Both the position numbers and the translations under genes were made by a program. Shown one piece after another: positions 9,801 to 20,726 of a stretch of 64,000 nt of DNA. The DNA is from a virus: the IMG/VR virus record IMGVR_UViG_3300033153_000868, positions 50,220 through 114,219 of that record. One strand, given 5' to 3'. Within the stretch, counting starts at the first letter, position 1. Each line of letters starts with the position of its first letter. The notes below the pieces were generated by a model. That model was not told the origin of the DNA. It saw only the letters and a list, made by a program, of their open reading frames with translations, and searched no databases.

Positions 9801-12800
9801 TATCTAAATAGTACTCTTTTGCCAATGCATATACTTTATCAATATCAAAATCCGCTCCTGATATTTCTACAAGTTCTTTTGGAAATATAGCTGTTGAACC
9901 ATAATATACAGGCATAAAATCAACAACTCTTATGTTTACAGCTGAATGTTTATCTTGTGTTGGTATACGTACTCCAAACAACTTGGCTACTGCATCTGGT
10001 ATTGAAGCATTTGAATTTTCTTGAATTAACTCCATTACATTTCTATCCATAGGAGGCATAATAGTTTCACTATATCTTACTCCTGTAGGCTCCCCATTTA
10101 CAACATCATCATTTTGGTATTCCATAACCCCTGTTCTAAGAACATCAAGAACAAGAATGCCATCATGTTTACCATCAACAAGATCATTTATATTTTCTAG
10201 GCTCTCTCCATTATAAGAACTTTCTCTTACAATCTCAGATCTAATAGGCATACCGTTTTTCATTTCATATACACGTCTGTAAACCTTATGACCAAATGAA
10301 GATAGTAATGCAACTGAAGTACCAGGTACTTTTTCTCTTAGTGTGCCTTTGCTAAAATAAGTCAAGAAAAGTTGTTCAAACTTTTTAGCTGTTACCGGAC
10401 TGTTTAAATTATACTTTTGAACACCATCTTCAACTCCAAAGAACTCAAGTAAGTTTGATGCAGCTCCTGAAGCCATAAGACCTTTTTGTGCTTCTAATAA
10501 AAATGCAGCAAGATTTGGGGTAATGGCTCCTTTTTCTTTTGATAATTCTAACTCATCAAGTGCCGTGTCAAAACTAAATACTAAATTTCTTTTGTTTTTG
10601 TATTTTAAAGTTACTCTTTCTCCTACTGCTTTGTTGTATGCGTCTCTTACTTTTCCTACAGTATTTAACTCAGGGCTTCCTTCTATAGTAATTTCTACAT
10701 CATCACTTTGTTCAGAAGTTATAAGCTCCTTGATTTGGTTCATATCAGTTACTATAATCTTGTTAGAAGGGTTTACAACTTGAAGACCCAAGTAAGATGT
10801 GTCTAAATTAATAGATTGCAAATCTTGTGTTGTATCAAATACATTTGACTCAAGTAAATTAATCCCCTGTTTTAGCATTTTTATTGCTGAAACTGGAGCC
10901 GCCATTGCAAAGTTTTTATTTGCTTCTTCATTAGCTTCCATTTGTTCACGTAAATAATGAAGCTGTTGCATGTTAGGTTTAGCCTCCCACGTACCTGTTT
11001 TTTGATTATAGTTGGATGTATACTCTTTTGTTAAAACGGTAACTGACATTTTTAAAGCAGTTTTACCATCCATATATACAAACTTCTTAGAGTTTATAAA
11101 GTCCTGTTGCTTTGCTAAATTAATAGAGTTTTCAGCAGAACCCCATGCTCTATCAGCATTTATAGACTCACCCTTATCAATGCTATCTAGCATACTTGCC
11201 ATTGCAGGACTTAATCTACCAAATGCAAAAGTAGAATATCTTATACCTTTTGTAGTAATATAAACTTGAGCATCTGCTAATTCAATATCATTACCTGTAA
11301 AATCAGACTTAGCTGTTGGATCTTGGAAAGGATATAAATCAAAATTAGTACTAGAATGAGTAATACCTTTATTAAGATCCGTAATTTCACTATAGGCACT
11401 ATAGTATGCGGCATTCTGTAGTTTTGCTCTTTTAACTTTATCAACCATGTCTTTTAAAGATACAGCTTGATCACCAAGCAGTAAATCATTCATTGACTTA
11501 GAATTGATATAGTTGTTAAAAAATATTTGTTTTAAGTTATATGCTGAATCATTTGTAAGATTTAACTTAAGTTGTGATAATTCAACAGCACCTCTAGAAA
11601 CACCAGATGCAATAGTTAATCCGTTTAATACTTGCGTAGAAAGATTATCTTTTGCTTTTAATGATGTAATCACATCATCAAATTCTTTAAAGCTTTGCTC
11701 TAAGCTTTTATTAACTTCTGATCTAATAGATGCATTTGTTACACCTACAGCTAGTGACACAGCTTGTTTAAAAGAAACCGTCTCTCCTTGTTTAGCTTTA
11801 TCAATAGCAACTTGTATTAATGCTTTTTTGGTTGATTCAGAAAGCAATAATCCATTATTAGTAAATTTGAATGCTCTGCCTTTATCAGACCTATCACTTT
11901 TTTCATTATTAAATCCTTGAATATCACCAGGTGCATTTTCAAATGCTAATGTTTCTTTGCTAATTCTATCAAACTCAGCCTCTATGCTATTTATAAATAC
12001 ATTAATAGCTTCTGGTGTAAGAACAACATTACCGTTAACTTCAGTAACTGCTTTAATAACAGGCAAACTTGTTAGGTCTCCAGTGTTAGCTGCTTCCATT
12101 ACTCTTAAAAATACAGGAGCCATTGCAACTTGTTGGCCACCTTTTCCTTCTACAGTTTCAACTCTACCCGTTCTTCTGTTAAAATTAGAAACATAGTTGT
12201 TTATAATAGCTATAGCAAACTCTTGTGGCGTAAACTCTCCAAAACTTTGTGTTGATTTATTTTTTGATATAGATTCATTTAATATATCTTCAACAGCTTG
12301 ATCATTTTCAGCGTTTGTAATTTGCTCTTTAATTTTACTACCAGCAACTCTTATTACTTTTAGTCTATTCTGATCAGATAAGTTTAAAAATGCTTCACTA
12401 TTAAGCAAATAATTATTTGATAAAAAGTCTTCACTTTTTAATTGTTCAATTTTAGATCTGTTATTTAATGACCCAATGCTTTTTAAATGATATGTAGGTA
12501 ATTGATGAGCATATACAATATCACCATTAGGATTTATAAATGTTGATGATCCAATTGTTTCATCAAATGCAGCATTAGAAATACTAAGCTTAGTAAGTCT
12601 TGATGCCATACCATCCTGTTTAGTGGAATATATATTTGCATTTGTACTAAACCCAGAATATAATTGATCTAATAAATCATTTGTTATTGGTTCCTCTGTA
12701 TATCCATCTGACAATGCTTTTAATTCAGGACTGTTTTTTAAGTCAGCTTCTGTTTTAGATTTAGCAATACTATATGCAATGTAGTTAGGGCTTAATCTAA

Positions 12801-15800
12801 TACCTATTAGATCAAACATGCGTTGAGAAAACTCTCTAGACATTTGATATGCTAAAGATGTTGACTCTGGATATGAAGTCATTGCCTCTTTCATATCTTT
12901 AGTAAGGCTTAAGAATTGCTTTAATCTCTTAGGGTTAGCTGCAGCAAGTTTTCTTTTTGTTATGTATGCTTGAGCCCATTCATCTAACTGAGCATTAATA
13001 TCATCTCTTTCAGATGCAGTATATACTAATAAGTTACCATTACCATCTCTTTCATTAAATAGATAATCAACCTTGTAGTTTTCAAATCCTTTTAATATTG
13101 ATATCAATAATGAACCATCTTTAACATCTTTAAATGGTTGCTCTGATGTTAGACCTTCTATTGTTAATCCCGTATCATTAAATAATTTATCTACAACCGC
13201 CTTACCTTGTGGATTTAATCTAGAATATGCATACATTCTTTTAAGCATAACTACAGGATCACTTTCATTTGAAACTGATTTTAATAAGCTAGTATATGCT
13301 TCTTGAAATTTAACAGGAACAATCAATGCTTCACCCTCAGTTAATTCTGTCTTACCAAAGAAGTCAGTATCAACCATTGTTGTAGTAGCTATATATGATC
13401 TTACTTTATATGATAAAGAGTTAAAACCACCTATCTCTGCTGCATCTTTATTAAAGTCACTTGTACTTCTTATACCTGAAGTCTCTTCAACATTTTCTAT
13501 TTTTAATTGATTAGCCTGATCCATATCAGAAATAACATTAATCAAAGCAAACACTTCTTTTTTAATGTCTTCAGGATAATTTATAAATGCCATATCAATT
13601 TGTTCAAGATATGCTTTCTTTGTTCCAGAAAAACCTTTGTTGGCTTCTCCCTCTGGATCAAGCATAATCATGAAATCTGTTTCAAGATCATTATATACTT
13701 TTGTAGGGTTATATGACTTCTCAGTTAATGATAATTCATTTACTCTATTTATAAACATACCAGCCATAGATCTAATTAAAGGATCTATTACATCTGAGTC
13801 AACATATAGCTCTCCTGCAGGCTCACCATTTTCTACAGCTTTAGATGCTGTGTCATATCTAACTAATGCATTGGCAATACTAAACGCACCGCTTAAAGAG
13901 TCATCAAGTTGTGTAAATTCATTAAGTTGTACAGGGGCATTTTTAAATTTACCTGAATCTATATTTTCATATAACGTTAGTAACTCTGTAGAAGAGTACT
14001 TAGAAAATACAGCTTTAATCCACTCTATTAACTTAGTAAAAAATGATTTTATTTCTGTATCTATTTTTGAGCTTCTTGGATTCATTTTGAATGCATCAAA
14101 TTCATCCGCCATATATTCTTCAGCAAACTCATTTTCTAACTCAAGTTGAGACATTTCTTTATATTGCTCAGCTGAATTCTTAAACTTTTCTAATTCTATT
14201 TTATACTTAGATCCATACTTGGCTTTTAATTCTTTTTTAGCAATGCTTCTATATCTATCAATCTGCCCTTGAGTAAGAACTGTTCTAAATATACTATGGA
14301 ATGCCTCATGGTATTTATAAGGGCTTAATGGGCTTGTATATATAATACCGTTTACATCTACTCCATTAGCTACCCTATCTAAATTTAATACAAAAGAACC
14401 TACTCTTTCATATCCTTTAGAAATACCATTGTCAGCAAGAACCAAAAGATCTTCTACACCAATTATATCTGGTAAATTATCATTAGCCCAATCTAAAAAC
14501 TCATTGTAGTCTTCTATACGCTCTACTTCTGATGTTGCTTGTACTAGCTTATTAGCTCCTCTTTCTAGTTTTTTTCTTTTAGCTAATAAATCTTGGTACT
14601 CCTTGCTTTCTTTAATAGCTTTTATTTTATCCTTCTTGGTAGTTAGGCCTTCTTCTAGCTTCTGCTTTAAAGCACTAAGCTCATTTTTTACACTATCAAG
14701 AGTAGTTTCTTTTTCTGATTTTTCTACAGCTAGTGCACCGGCTCCTCCACCTTTAATCACCATAAGGTTAACTAACTGTTTAAAGTTTGAGTCTTTCATT
14801 AACTCTTTTTCTCTTTCAGTTAATTCAATCCCTCTGAGTATTGCATTAGAAATGTGATCAATATTTTCTTGATATTCTCCAAAGTTATTATTAGATACAT
14901 CATCTACCATTTTATCAAACTCAGCTTCTTCCATATCAGATACGGAATCCTCTGCTTCTGCAGATGTAGGTCTATCTCTACCTACTGCTGATTCCATTTC
15001 TAACTCATTGCTTTTATCTGTATTAGGAATATATGCAATATCACGTGATAATTGTATAGAATCTGATGAAGCAGAAACTTCTGCTGTTTGATTTTTTACT
15101 ACTTGTGGTAAAACTTCAGTAGTACTATTTTCATATATTACATCAGGAGATACACCTGTTGCAAAAGATTTTCTAAAGTTTTTATTTTTTAATCCTGCAT
15201 TTAAATCATCTACTGTTTTATCTTGATTATACTTTGCAAGTAAGTCTTCAAATACATCTTTAGCAAACTCTTTTGCTTCAACTTCTTCTGGTTTTAGACC
15301 AACATTTAAACTTGTTTTAGTGCTTGTATTATCTAAAGAAATAAAAATAGATCCGTCAGGTCCTACATTTAACTCTATTAAGTTACCCGAATAACTACTT
15401 AAAAACAATCTTTCATTTAATTCTGCATTATACTTTGCAGCTTCTTCCATACTTTTTTCTGAATCTTTTATAGCACCTATTCTTTTAGCTGCCTCAACTA
15501 CATCTACATATAATTCTTGTAATTCAGTATTAGTATATTCAACCGGTTTTAAATTTACTTTTGCGTATGTACCATTTGGCAACCTAACCATAGCTAGATA
15601 TCTGTCAGTACCCTTTCCTGCATCCAGTAAGTTATCCCACTGATTCTGCATTCTAAGTTGTTGCTCTATTGCTTCTTCTAAAGCCTCTCTTTCTTTACCT
15701 TTTAAATTAGTAGTAAAGTCATAAATTCTTTTACCTGTCTCTTTATCATATTTTAAATCAAATACAAATAAGTTACCTTCTTGATCTGCTGTATTGTACT

Positions 15801-18800
15801 GCAATGCATCCATTGATATAGGATAAACCGTTTCTCTAGATTTAGCATATGCAACTTGACCACCCCCGGCTACTAAGTTTATATTAAAAGGAAGCTCCTT
15901 AGAGTCTGCCATAAAATATGAAGGCTCACTACCTATATTTAAATTATCAAATGTTTGTACAATTAATGCATTTATTGCAAACGCTCTGTGCACTTTCTCT
16001 AGTGCTTCAGCTTTTTGTTCTTTGTTTAATCCTTTTTCTGCTAGTATAACATTGCTTGCTTGTTCTCTAGTCATAGATCTAGGATCTATAGGACTGTTTG
16101 TACGTTGATCTCTAATTAAAAAAGATTCATTGTTTATATAAGCAAAAATTCCTTCCTCACTATTGGATGGTTCAATGCCCATCTCAACTAGTTTTATGTT
16201 AATACTATCACGTAAATCAGATGTAGCTGCTCTTATACCAATGACGTATTTACTTACTAATCTATCTATTAATGGGTTTGCTTCTTTATATATTTCACCA
16301 TCTCTATTTTTAGCAACATAAGCACCTGTATTGTTACCGCCATCAGAAGTTCTCATAACAACCAATTGCAATCCTGCTATTTCTTCAGGAGAAAGCAAAC
16401 TAAGAATAGCATTATATCTTTCTATTGCTTTAGCATTATCAGTACCCACACCACCTTCAGTATAGTTTACATGAGGATAGAATGAAGTTAAATCTTTTAA
16501 TTGAATCTTAGTTACTGTATCCGGAATCAAGTTAAATGTAGTTTCTTCTAAAGTAAACTTGCCATTAAACTCACCTTGTGGAATAAACAAAAACTTTCTT
16601 TCTGAAATAGGACCTGTATTATCAGATTCTTTAATTACTTTAAGCTTTTGATTTTCTCCATACTTTTTAGAAAACCTTGGATCTTGAACAACTATATATT
16701 TTACACCATCTTTGTATACTATTTGTCCATATGTTAATCCATCAACACCATCAAAACTAAATGGAGTTGTGGAGTCTACTAGATTTGCATTCAAAGATTC
16801 TAATGCTTGTTTAGCTGTTTTACCTTGTCCAGATAAAAATACTCCTTGTACTGATTTAAAATTTGTATCTATAAAGTCTAAGATATCATCTGATAACTCA
16901 TTCCCTTTTTTATCCAGGAGTTTATACATTTCAACAATTTCTCCTGTTTGGTTATCTACTACTGATATCTTATATATATCTGCAGTAACACCTTCTTTAT
17001 AGAAAACTCTTTGAGGTGTATCTTCTAGCGCTTGCCCTTCTTCTAAACTAACATCCTTACTTTCAACAATATCAGACATTTCAACACCTGATTGATTTAG
17101 TATTGATGTTATAACAGGGTTGTTAATTAAAACTTCAGGGTCTTGTAGAAACTCTTCAAATCCGGTATCATTTTTTATTACATCTTTTTCAAGCGGATTG
17201 ATAAACTCTAATATGCCCTCAACATTTACTTCAGGTTTTCCTGATGCCCAAACCTTTTTTATAGCATTAACAACATTTCTAATATTCACTGCTTCTGCAG
17301 TATTCATCCATTCAGTGCTATCTAAAATAGGCTGTCCTAATCTTGCTTGTTTTGCTCTATATTTATTATAACTTCTTTTTAAAGCATTGACTAATAAAGG
17401 GCTATTAACACTTACATCAATTTTAATATCTATTCCCGCTTTATCTAAAAGCATATCTAGTGCAGATCTAGTTTCTTCACTTTCTTCAATAGATATTTCT
17501 TCTTCTGTTTTTACTTCTTCAGGTTGAGTGCTTTCTGCTCTAGTTTCTTTATAAACGTTTAGGTGACTTTGAATTTGTTTAAATAATACTGAATGTACTT
17601 CTGGTACAACCTTACCATTATCATCATAGAAGTCCTGTAAAAATGTTACATTACCTGTTTCCAAAAACATTTTTGTTTGTGAAATAGCCGGGTATACGCC
17701 CATTTTACCTAACTGATTTATTAATTCATTTGCCTCAACAATACTTACATACTGCTTTAACATTGCTTCAGTTATCTTAGAACGCTGATTATAAATCTCT
17801 TTGTTTACTTCGTATTGTCTTTGTTGAATCTCAGAAAACTTTTCTGGATTTTGCATGTATTGAATAGCTTTATCATATACACGTGCTCTTCCTTTTAAAG
17901 CACCGTAGTCAACAATTTGCTCAAGAGCTGCATCTATTTTTGATTCATCAGCAAATGTACCAGCAGCAGATGCCATGAATCTTACATAGTTTCTAAATTC
18001 AGTTCTAAGCTTTCCTTTTAAAAGTTTGTTTCTTTTAAAGGTTCCATTCTTAAATCTATTCTTTGGATCAGTAATGATTTTTTGAATGGCTTTTAGTCTT
18101 TTTATTTTTTCTTTTTTTGTTTTATTAGATTCTCCAATACCTTTATCTGAACCTTCAGTTGCAATAATCTCAAGGTTAAGCATATCTATTTCATTCTGAA
18201 TTGATTTTTCATCAAGCAAGTTTGTTATATCATTTGCTGACATTTTATCAAATAGCGGATCAGATTGTAATTTAGTGTAGATACTATCTGCTCTTTCTAA
18301 TGCTCTTGTAAATCCATCATTAGTAAACATATATAAATAACGCACATGTTCATATGCTTCTTCATTTAACATTTCTCTAATGTATTCTCTTTGTTGAGTC
18401 TTAGGATTAAATTTATTTTTGTTAAAAGGGTTTTTATATTTATCCTTGTTTAAATTATAAGACTCCTCCATCTTATCAATACCCACAAGCATATCATTAA
18501 TACGTCCTCTTAGCTTACCATCTTTTTTATCTTTATTAGATACGCCTGGAAATGCTTGAGCTAACTCTTCATCTGTTAATTCTAAAAACCCTCTTAATTG
18601 ATCTTTAAAGTGTTGTGACCCATTACCAGCAAACATTGTATAGTATTGTTGGAATTTAGCTCTATCAGCACTATCAACAAAATTAAATATATCAAGAGCA
18701 CCCTTTATGTTTTCAGCTGCTTCTTTCTGAATCATAAAGTTTAATCTGTTTACATCAAATAAACTAGAAGGATCTATTGCTTGCGCATCCCAAGATTTAT

Positions 18801-20712
18801 TATATGATTCTACAACTTTTTGAATCATATTTTCTCTATTAGTCTTGTACTCTGTATATGCTTCCTTTTGAGACTTAGTTGCTAAACCTATACCTGCTTC
18901 CTGAAGACCATAGTTATATATAGAAGGTATACCTTGAAAGAATAACTTTTGAGGACCTTGCACTAAACCACCCATTAAAAAACCAGATAAAAACACACCT
19001 GCTCCCTCAGATGAAAACTGATCACCCATTGCTGATAGTATCATTTGATTTTTAAGTGCTTCACCACCTTGAGCTGGATTGTTAAGTACTTCTGTATAGT
19101 AACCTACTGTTGCTGCAGAAATAGCTTCCTGTCCAATTTCTTGTATACCTTCAGCAACATTGGCTGCAAAATAATCAAGCATAGCTATACCACCCGAACC
19201 AACAATACCTTTAAAACCTCCTGCTTTAACTTTTGCTAAAGTGTTTTTGAATCCACCACTTACATATTTAAATGGGCTTTTAATTACTTCACCTGCACCA
19301 TTGATAACTTTTTTACCTGCGGTGTTAACAATATTTTTATTTATGCCTTTCTGAAATGTAGAACCCAAAGTCCTTTGTATTCCTCTTTGAAAACCACCCA
19401 TAGCATTACCAATAACAAACCAGTTACTAGCATATATAAGAGGTGCATTACCCAATAATGTTTTAAATGCAGCTTGATTAGCAGCATTAGATACATCTCT
19501 ACCATCAGTAATACCTTGTCCGCCACTAAAGTTATTAGCATCTGTAAGACCTTGCTTAAGAACCTTGTTGTAAACCATACCTGATTCCAATTTACTTTCA
19601 GCCATTGCTAAATTTACAGCTCTAAGATCTCTATAGAAACCACCAAAGCCAGAACTCATTTTAGCAAGATTAGTCATGTTTTGCCCAGCATTTTGTGCTG
19701 TCTTCATGTTTTGGAATGCTTTTACTGTGTTTGGTGTAAACCCTTTTCCTAATGTATTAATCACCATTTTTCCACCTGTAACAGAAGCATTATAAAAATC
19801 TCTTGCTGTTTCAAGCTGTTTTGCTTTTTGAAGTATCTTTCTTGTTCTATCAAACAGTTTGCTAAAACTGTATATAGCTTTTCCTGCTTTAGCAACATTT
19901 GCAACAGTTTTTGCACCAGCAGCTGGAGCAAGGGTACCTCCAGATAAACCAGAAATACCAGCTAGGATAATTTCTTCAACAACAATAGAACTTAATATAC
20001 CAAATGTATATGCAGAGTTAGCTGCTAAATTATTAAAGAAAGCACCAGCACCTCCTCTGGTTGATGAAGCAATTCCCATGGTATCTTCAAACTCAGTTGC
20101 AGATTCAAAATCAGGAGCTAAGTAATCTCCTCCTGTAGCAAACTCATATACAGAGTTTAAACCAGTGCCAGCAAGAGACATCCATTGACCTCTCATTCTA
20201 GCCATGTCATCCCAGATAGTAGAGTTTGCATTATAAAAGTTTTCCATATTAGAATATGGTGTATAACCTAACTTATCAAATTCAGGATGATTATAATATC
20301 TCAAAAATTGACCCTGCCTCATACCAGAAAAAACAGGAGTTATCTTGCTATCAACAAATGGTTTTGGATCTAAAGTTAATACGTTCTTAACTTTTGTATA
20401 GTCATTTTCTTTAGGTATATCTTGAGTTATTGGATTATATGTATCAGTTGCAAAACTAGGTACACCAACTCCTAATGAAGCCATAGCACCTATACCATAC
20501 TTATCTATATCTGCTTTATATTCATTAACACCGGAAATATCATCTGCTGCTAAACCACTACTTAGCAAATAGTCATTAAAGTTTTCTTCAGGAGTTTCAA
20601 ACATTTCTGCCATAGGCTCAAAGCGGAACTGCCCTTCAGGTATAATGCTTGGGGCAGGTCTTTCTTGATTTCTAATCTCTTGCTGTAATGGCTTGTTAGA
20701 TTCGTTTTCCAT
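6889..20712 (-). CDS. Virion-packaged DNA-dependent RNA polymerase polyprotein (crAss-like, phi14:2 gp66-type catalytic region) with a zincin domain
   Basis: 4607 aa. Catalytic GADFDIDK (DFDID at 9838-9852) is preceded by RIPTQ (~9955-9970). Zincin HEAFH (14296-14310) is followed by EEYMADEF. Gly/Ala-rich hydrophobic N-terminal segments. Position matches the crAss-like RNAP locus. Confidence 0.9.
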   Translation of the reverse strand: MENESNKPLQQEIRNQERPAPSIIPEGQFRFEPMAEMFETPEENFNDYLLSSGLAADDISGVNEYKADIDKYGIGAMASLGVGVPSFATDTYNPITQDIPKENDYTKVKNVLTLDPKPFVDSKITPVFSGMRQGQFLRYYNHPEFDKLGYTPYSNMENFYNANSTIWDDMARMRGQWMSLAGTGLNSVYEFATGGDYLAPDFESATEFEDTMGIASSTRGGAGAFFNNLAANSAYTFGILSSIVVEEIILAGISGLSGGTLAPAAGAKTVANVAKAGKAIYSFSKLFDRTRKILQKAKQLETARDFYNASVTGGKMVINTLGKGFTPNTVKAFQNMKTAQNAGQNMTNLAKMSSGFGGFYRDLRAVNLAMAESKLESGMVYNKVLKQGLTDANNFSGGQGITDGRDVSNAANQAAFKTLLGNAPLIYASNWFVIGNAMGGFQRGIQRTLGSTFQKGINKNIVNTAGKKVINGAGEVIKSPFKYVSGGFKNTLAKVKAGGFKGIVGSGGIAMLDYFAANVAEGIQEIGQEAISAATVGYYTEVLNNPAQGGEALKNQMILSAMGDQFSSEGAGVFLSGFLMGGLVQGPQKLFFQGIPSIYNYGLQEAGIGLATKSQKEAYTEYKTNRENMIQKVVESYNKSWDAQAIDPSSLFDVNRLNFMIQKEAAENIKGALDIFNFVDSADRAKFQQYYTMFAGNGSQHFKDQLRGFLELTDEELAQAFPGVSNKDKKDGKLRGRINDMLVGIDKMEESYNLNKDKYKNPFNKNKFNPKTQQREYIREMLNEEAYEHVRYLYMFTNDGFTRALERADSIYTKLQSDPLFDKMSANDITNLLDEKSIQNEIDMLNLEIIATEGSDKGIGESNKTKKEKIKRLKAIQKIITDPKNRFKNGTFKRNKLLKGKLRTEFRNYVRFMASAAGTFADESKIDAALEQIVDYGALKGRARVYDKAIQYMQNPEKFSEIQQRQYEVNKEIYNQRSKITEAMLKQYVSIVEANELINQLGKMGVYPAISQTKMFLETGNVTFLQDFYDDNGKVVPEVHSVLFKQIQSHLNVYKETRAESTQPEEVKTEEEISIEESEETRSALDMLLDKAGIDIKIDVSVNSPLLVNALKRSYNKYRAKQARLGQPILDSTEWMNTAEAVNIRNVVNAIKKVWASGKPEVNVEGILEFINPLEKDVIKNDTGFEEFLQDPEVLINNPVITSILNQSGVEMSDIVESKDVSLEEGQALEDTPQRVFYKEGVTADIYKISVVDNQTGEIVEMYKLLDKKGNELSDDILDFIDTNFKSVQGVFLSGQGKTAKQALESLNANLVDSTTPFSFDGVDGLTYGQIVYKDGVKYIVVQDPRFSKKYGENQKLKVIKESDNTGPISERKFLFIPQGEFNGKFTLEETTFNLIPDTVTKIQLKDLTSFYPHVNYTEGGVGTDNAKAIERYNAILSLLSPEEIAGLQLVVMRTSDGGNNTGAYVAKNRDGEIYKEANPLIDRLVSKYVIGIRAATSDLRDSINIKLVEMGIEPSNSEEGIFAYINNESFLIRDQRTNSPIDPRSMTREQASNVILAEKGLNKEQKAEALEKVHRAFAINALIVQTFDNLNIGSEPSYFMADSKELPFNINLVAGGGQVAYAKSRETVYPISMDALQYNTADQEGNLFVFDLKYDKETGKRIYDFTTNLKGKEREALEEAIEQQLRMQNQWDNLLDAGKGTDRYLAMVRLPNGTYAKVNLKPVEYTNTELQELYVDVVEAAKRIGAIKDSEKSMEEAAKYNAELNERLFLSSYSGNLIELNVGPDGSIFISLDNTSTKTSLNVGLKPEEVEAKEFAKDVFEDLLAKYNQDKTVDDLNAGLKNKNFRKSFATGVSPDVIYENSTTEVLPQVVKNQTAEVSASSDSIQLSRDIAYIPNTDKSNELEMESAVGRDRPTSAEAEDSVSDMEEAEFDKMVDDVSNNNFGEYQENIDHISNAILRGIELTEREKELMKDSNFKQLVNLMVIKGGGAGALAVEKSEKETTLDSVKNELSALKQKLEEGLTTKKDKIKAIKESKEYQDLLAKRKKLERGANKLVQATSEVERIEDYNEFLDWANDNLPDIIGVEDLLVLADNGISKGYERVGSFVLNLDRVANGVDVNGIIYTSPLSPYKYHEAFHSIFRTVLTQGQIDRYRSIAKKELKAKYGSKYKIELEKFKNSAEQYKEMSQLELENEFAEEYMADEFDAFKMNPRSSKIDTEIKSFFTKLIEWIKAVFSKYSSTELLTLYENIDSGKFKNAPVQLNEFTQLDDSLSGAFSIANALVRYDTASKAVENGEPAGELYVDSDVIDPLIRSMAGMFINRVNELSLTEKSYNPTKVYNDLETDFMIMLDPEGEANKGFSGTKKAYLEQIDMAFINYPEDIKKEVFALINVISDMDQANQLKIENVEETSGIRSTSDFNKDAAEIGGFNSLSYKVRSYIATTTMVDTDFFGKTELTEGEALIVPVKFQEAYTSLLKSVSNESDPVVMLKRMYAYSRLNPQGKAVVDKLFNDTGLTIEGLTSEQPFKDVKDGSLLISILKGFENYKVDYLFNERDGNGNLLVYTASERDDINAQLDEWAQAYITKRKLAAANPKRLKQFLSLTKDMKEAMTSYPESTSLAYQMSREFSQRMFDLIGIRLSPNYIAYSIAKSKTEADLKNSPELKALSDGYTEEPITNDLLDQLYSGFSTNANIYSTKQDGMASRLTKLSISNAAFDETIGSSTFINPNGDIVYAHQLPTYHLKSIGSLNNRSKIEQLKSEDFLSNNYLLNSEAFLNLSDQNRLKVIRVAGSKIKEQITNAENDQAVEDILNESISKNKSTQSFGEFTPQEFAIAIINNYVSNFNRRTGRVETVEGKGGQQVAMAPVFLRVMEAANTGDLTSLPVIKAVTEVNGNVVLTPEAINVFINSIEAEFDRISKETLAFENAPGDIQGFNNEKSDRSDKGRAFKFTNNGLLLSESTKKALIQVAIDKAKQGETVSFKQAVSLAVGVTNASIRSEVNKSLEQSFKEFDDVITSLKAKDNLSTQVLNGLTIASGVSRGAVELSQLKLNLTNDSAYNLKQIFFNNYINSKSMNDLLLGDQAVSLKDMVDKVKRAKLQNAAYYSAYSEITDLNKGITHSSTNFDLYPFQDPTAKSDFTGNDIELADAQVYITTKGIRYSTFAFGRLSPAMASMLDSIDKGESINADRAWGSAENSINLAKQQDFINSKKFVYMDGKTALKMSVTVLTKEYTSNYNQKTGTWEAKPNMQQLHYLREQMEANEEANKNFAMAAPVSAIKMLKQGINLLESNVFDTTQDLQSINLDTSYLGLQVVNPSNKIIVTDMNQIKELITSEQSDDVEITIEGSPELNTVGKVRDAYNKAVGERVTLKYKNKRNLVFSFDTALDELELSKEKGAITPNLAAFLLEAQKGLMASGAASNLLEFFGVEDGVQKYNLNSPVTAKKFEQLFLTYFSKGTLREKVPGTSVALLSSFGHKVYRRVYEMKNGMPIRSEIVRESSYNGESLENINDLVDGKHDGILVLDVLRTGVMEYQNDDVVNGEPTGVRYSETIMPPMDRNVMELIQENSNASIPDAVAKLFGVRIPTQDKHSAVNIRVVDFMPVYYGSTAIFPKELVEISGADFDIDKVYALAKEYYLDSNKEFKAYGSGNSYFEYIKYMNQKASEPNNIYSTSSSLYKEETLAIRRENSLSDSEQNRVTDKQGVNSISEEALRAMLILGLPVTKKQFEEYSKKFGSPNEAVLNNNILDYRYVLAGNTGVTGETLKTIDQDAGEGKSDLPIAYQAADLKILEDLFDELSNVEGIELFASRKDSDVDIDTLHGMIKAFEANKGAAIGAIVKPNLALSLLREYNIKLARPIKFNNNTYDGFTKDKINGERIQDIISTLVTMETDNAKERLIAKFGLNIHAVGLVGNMVSLGIPLRTSILLVNSAEIRDLYDQALNKEDKFDAGLDTLLTKRIGSLASLVAKEKEGGNKPPFVKLSDEFLETAVDSTEDLTNNERLQILFLFERLNNIKNFTGKINKVTSLTQGLPSSIPEMKDAIETITSLFDKEAPMNIRPIYGKNSKTWQSTYLEIFGQIHNDLLPNTILTMSQDFNDILEPTYNQMNVDSRGFDNVAKNGIEQDLLSYLTIKSYQHLLNNSSGNSSVENTLLYPGPVGTTNLSLIKKIEDLQLLRAEQGAEPNYFLDNFVGTQYAGTQGNNTGMNLVKADTWRRLNASNKLDLQTSFAKLYGSLETREIAEDILHYMMVKDGLQLKYGSLMSAMSPFIMNKYLKNVGSVEAALKGQVEFESVFGISKEEVMKDFKYGYLQSNVVGPLLVTYDASSLDEGFTFDPVSRPNKFTITSESFEHVNAKEFVRVKVERQGRDFYVLFRLLAKDNPNAKVTEYLEVPSMGSNQQFGGGFVGGPRLTYDQARNVGKGTTQNSLPQDRAAQLEQPAQQTSEVEYPVDTNLGAILEVNEVLNSDSAIVNQTTDSVTVKADIDAAETNISDMAKIMAELSANTDSAIFDETGNAIIEDTDMSIPEATELEQQEQEQLELDLFASEEISEASSLVEWWDANVEGNSAALEKLSGENIKTLDDAIALYGDLFSQTEEGEQEIIERLKCLI

Positions 20713-20726
20713 CTAATTTTGATTTA

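Noticed and set aside
6889-20712. Intein or intron explaining the size of the RNAP gene
   Set aside because: No internal Cys, no recognisable splice-junction or LAGLIDADG motif, and no frame interruption.
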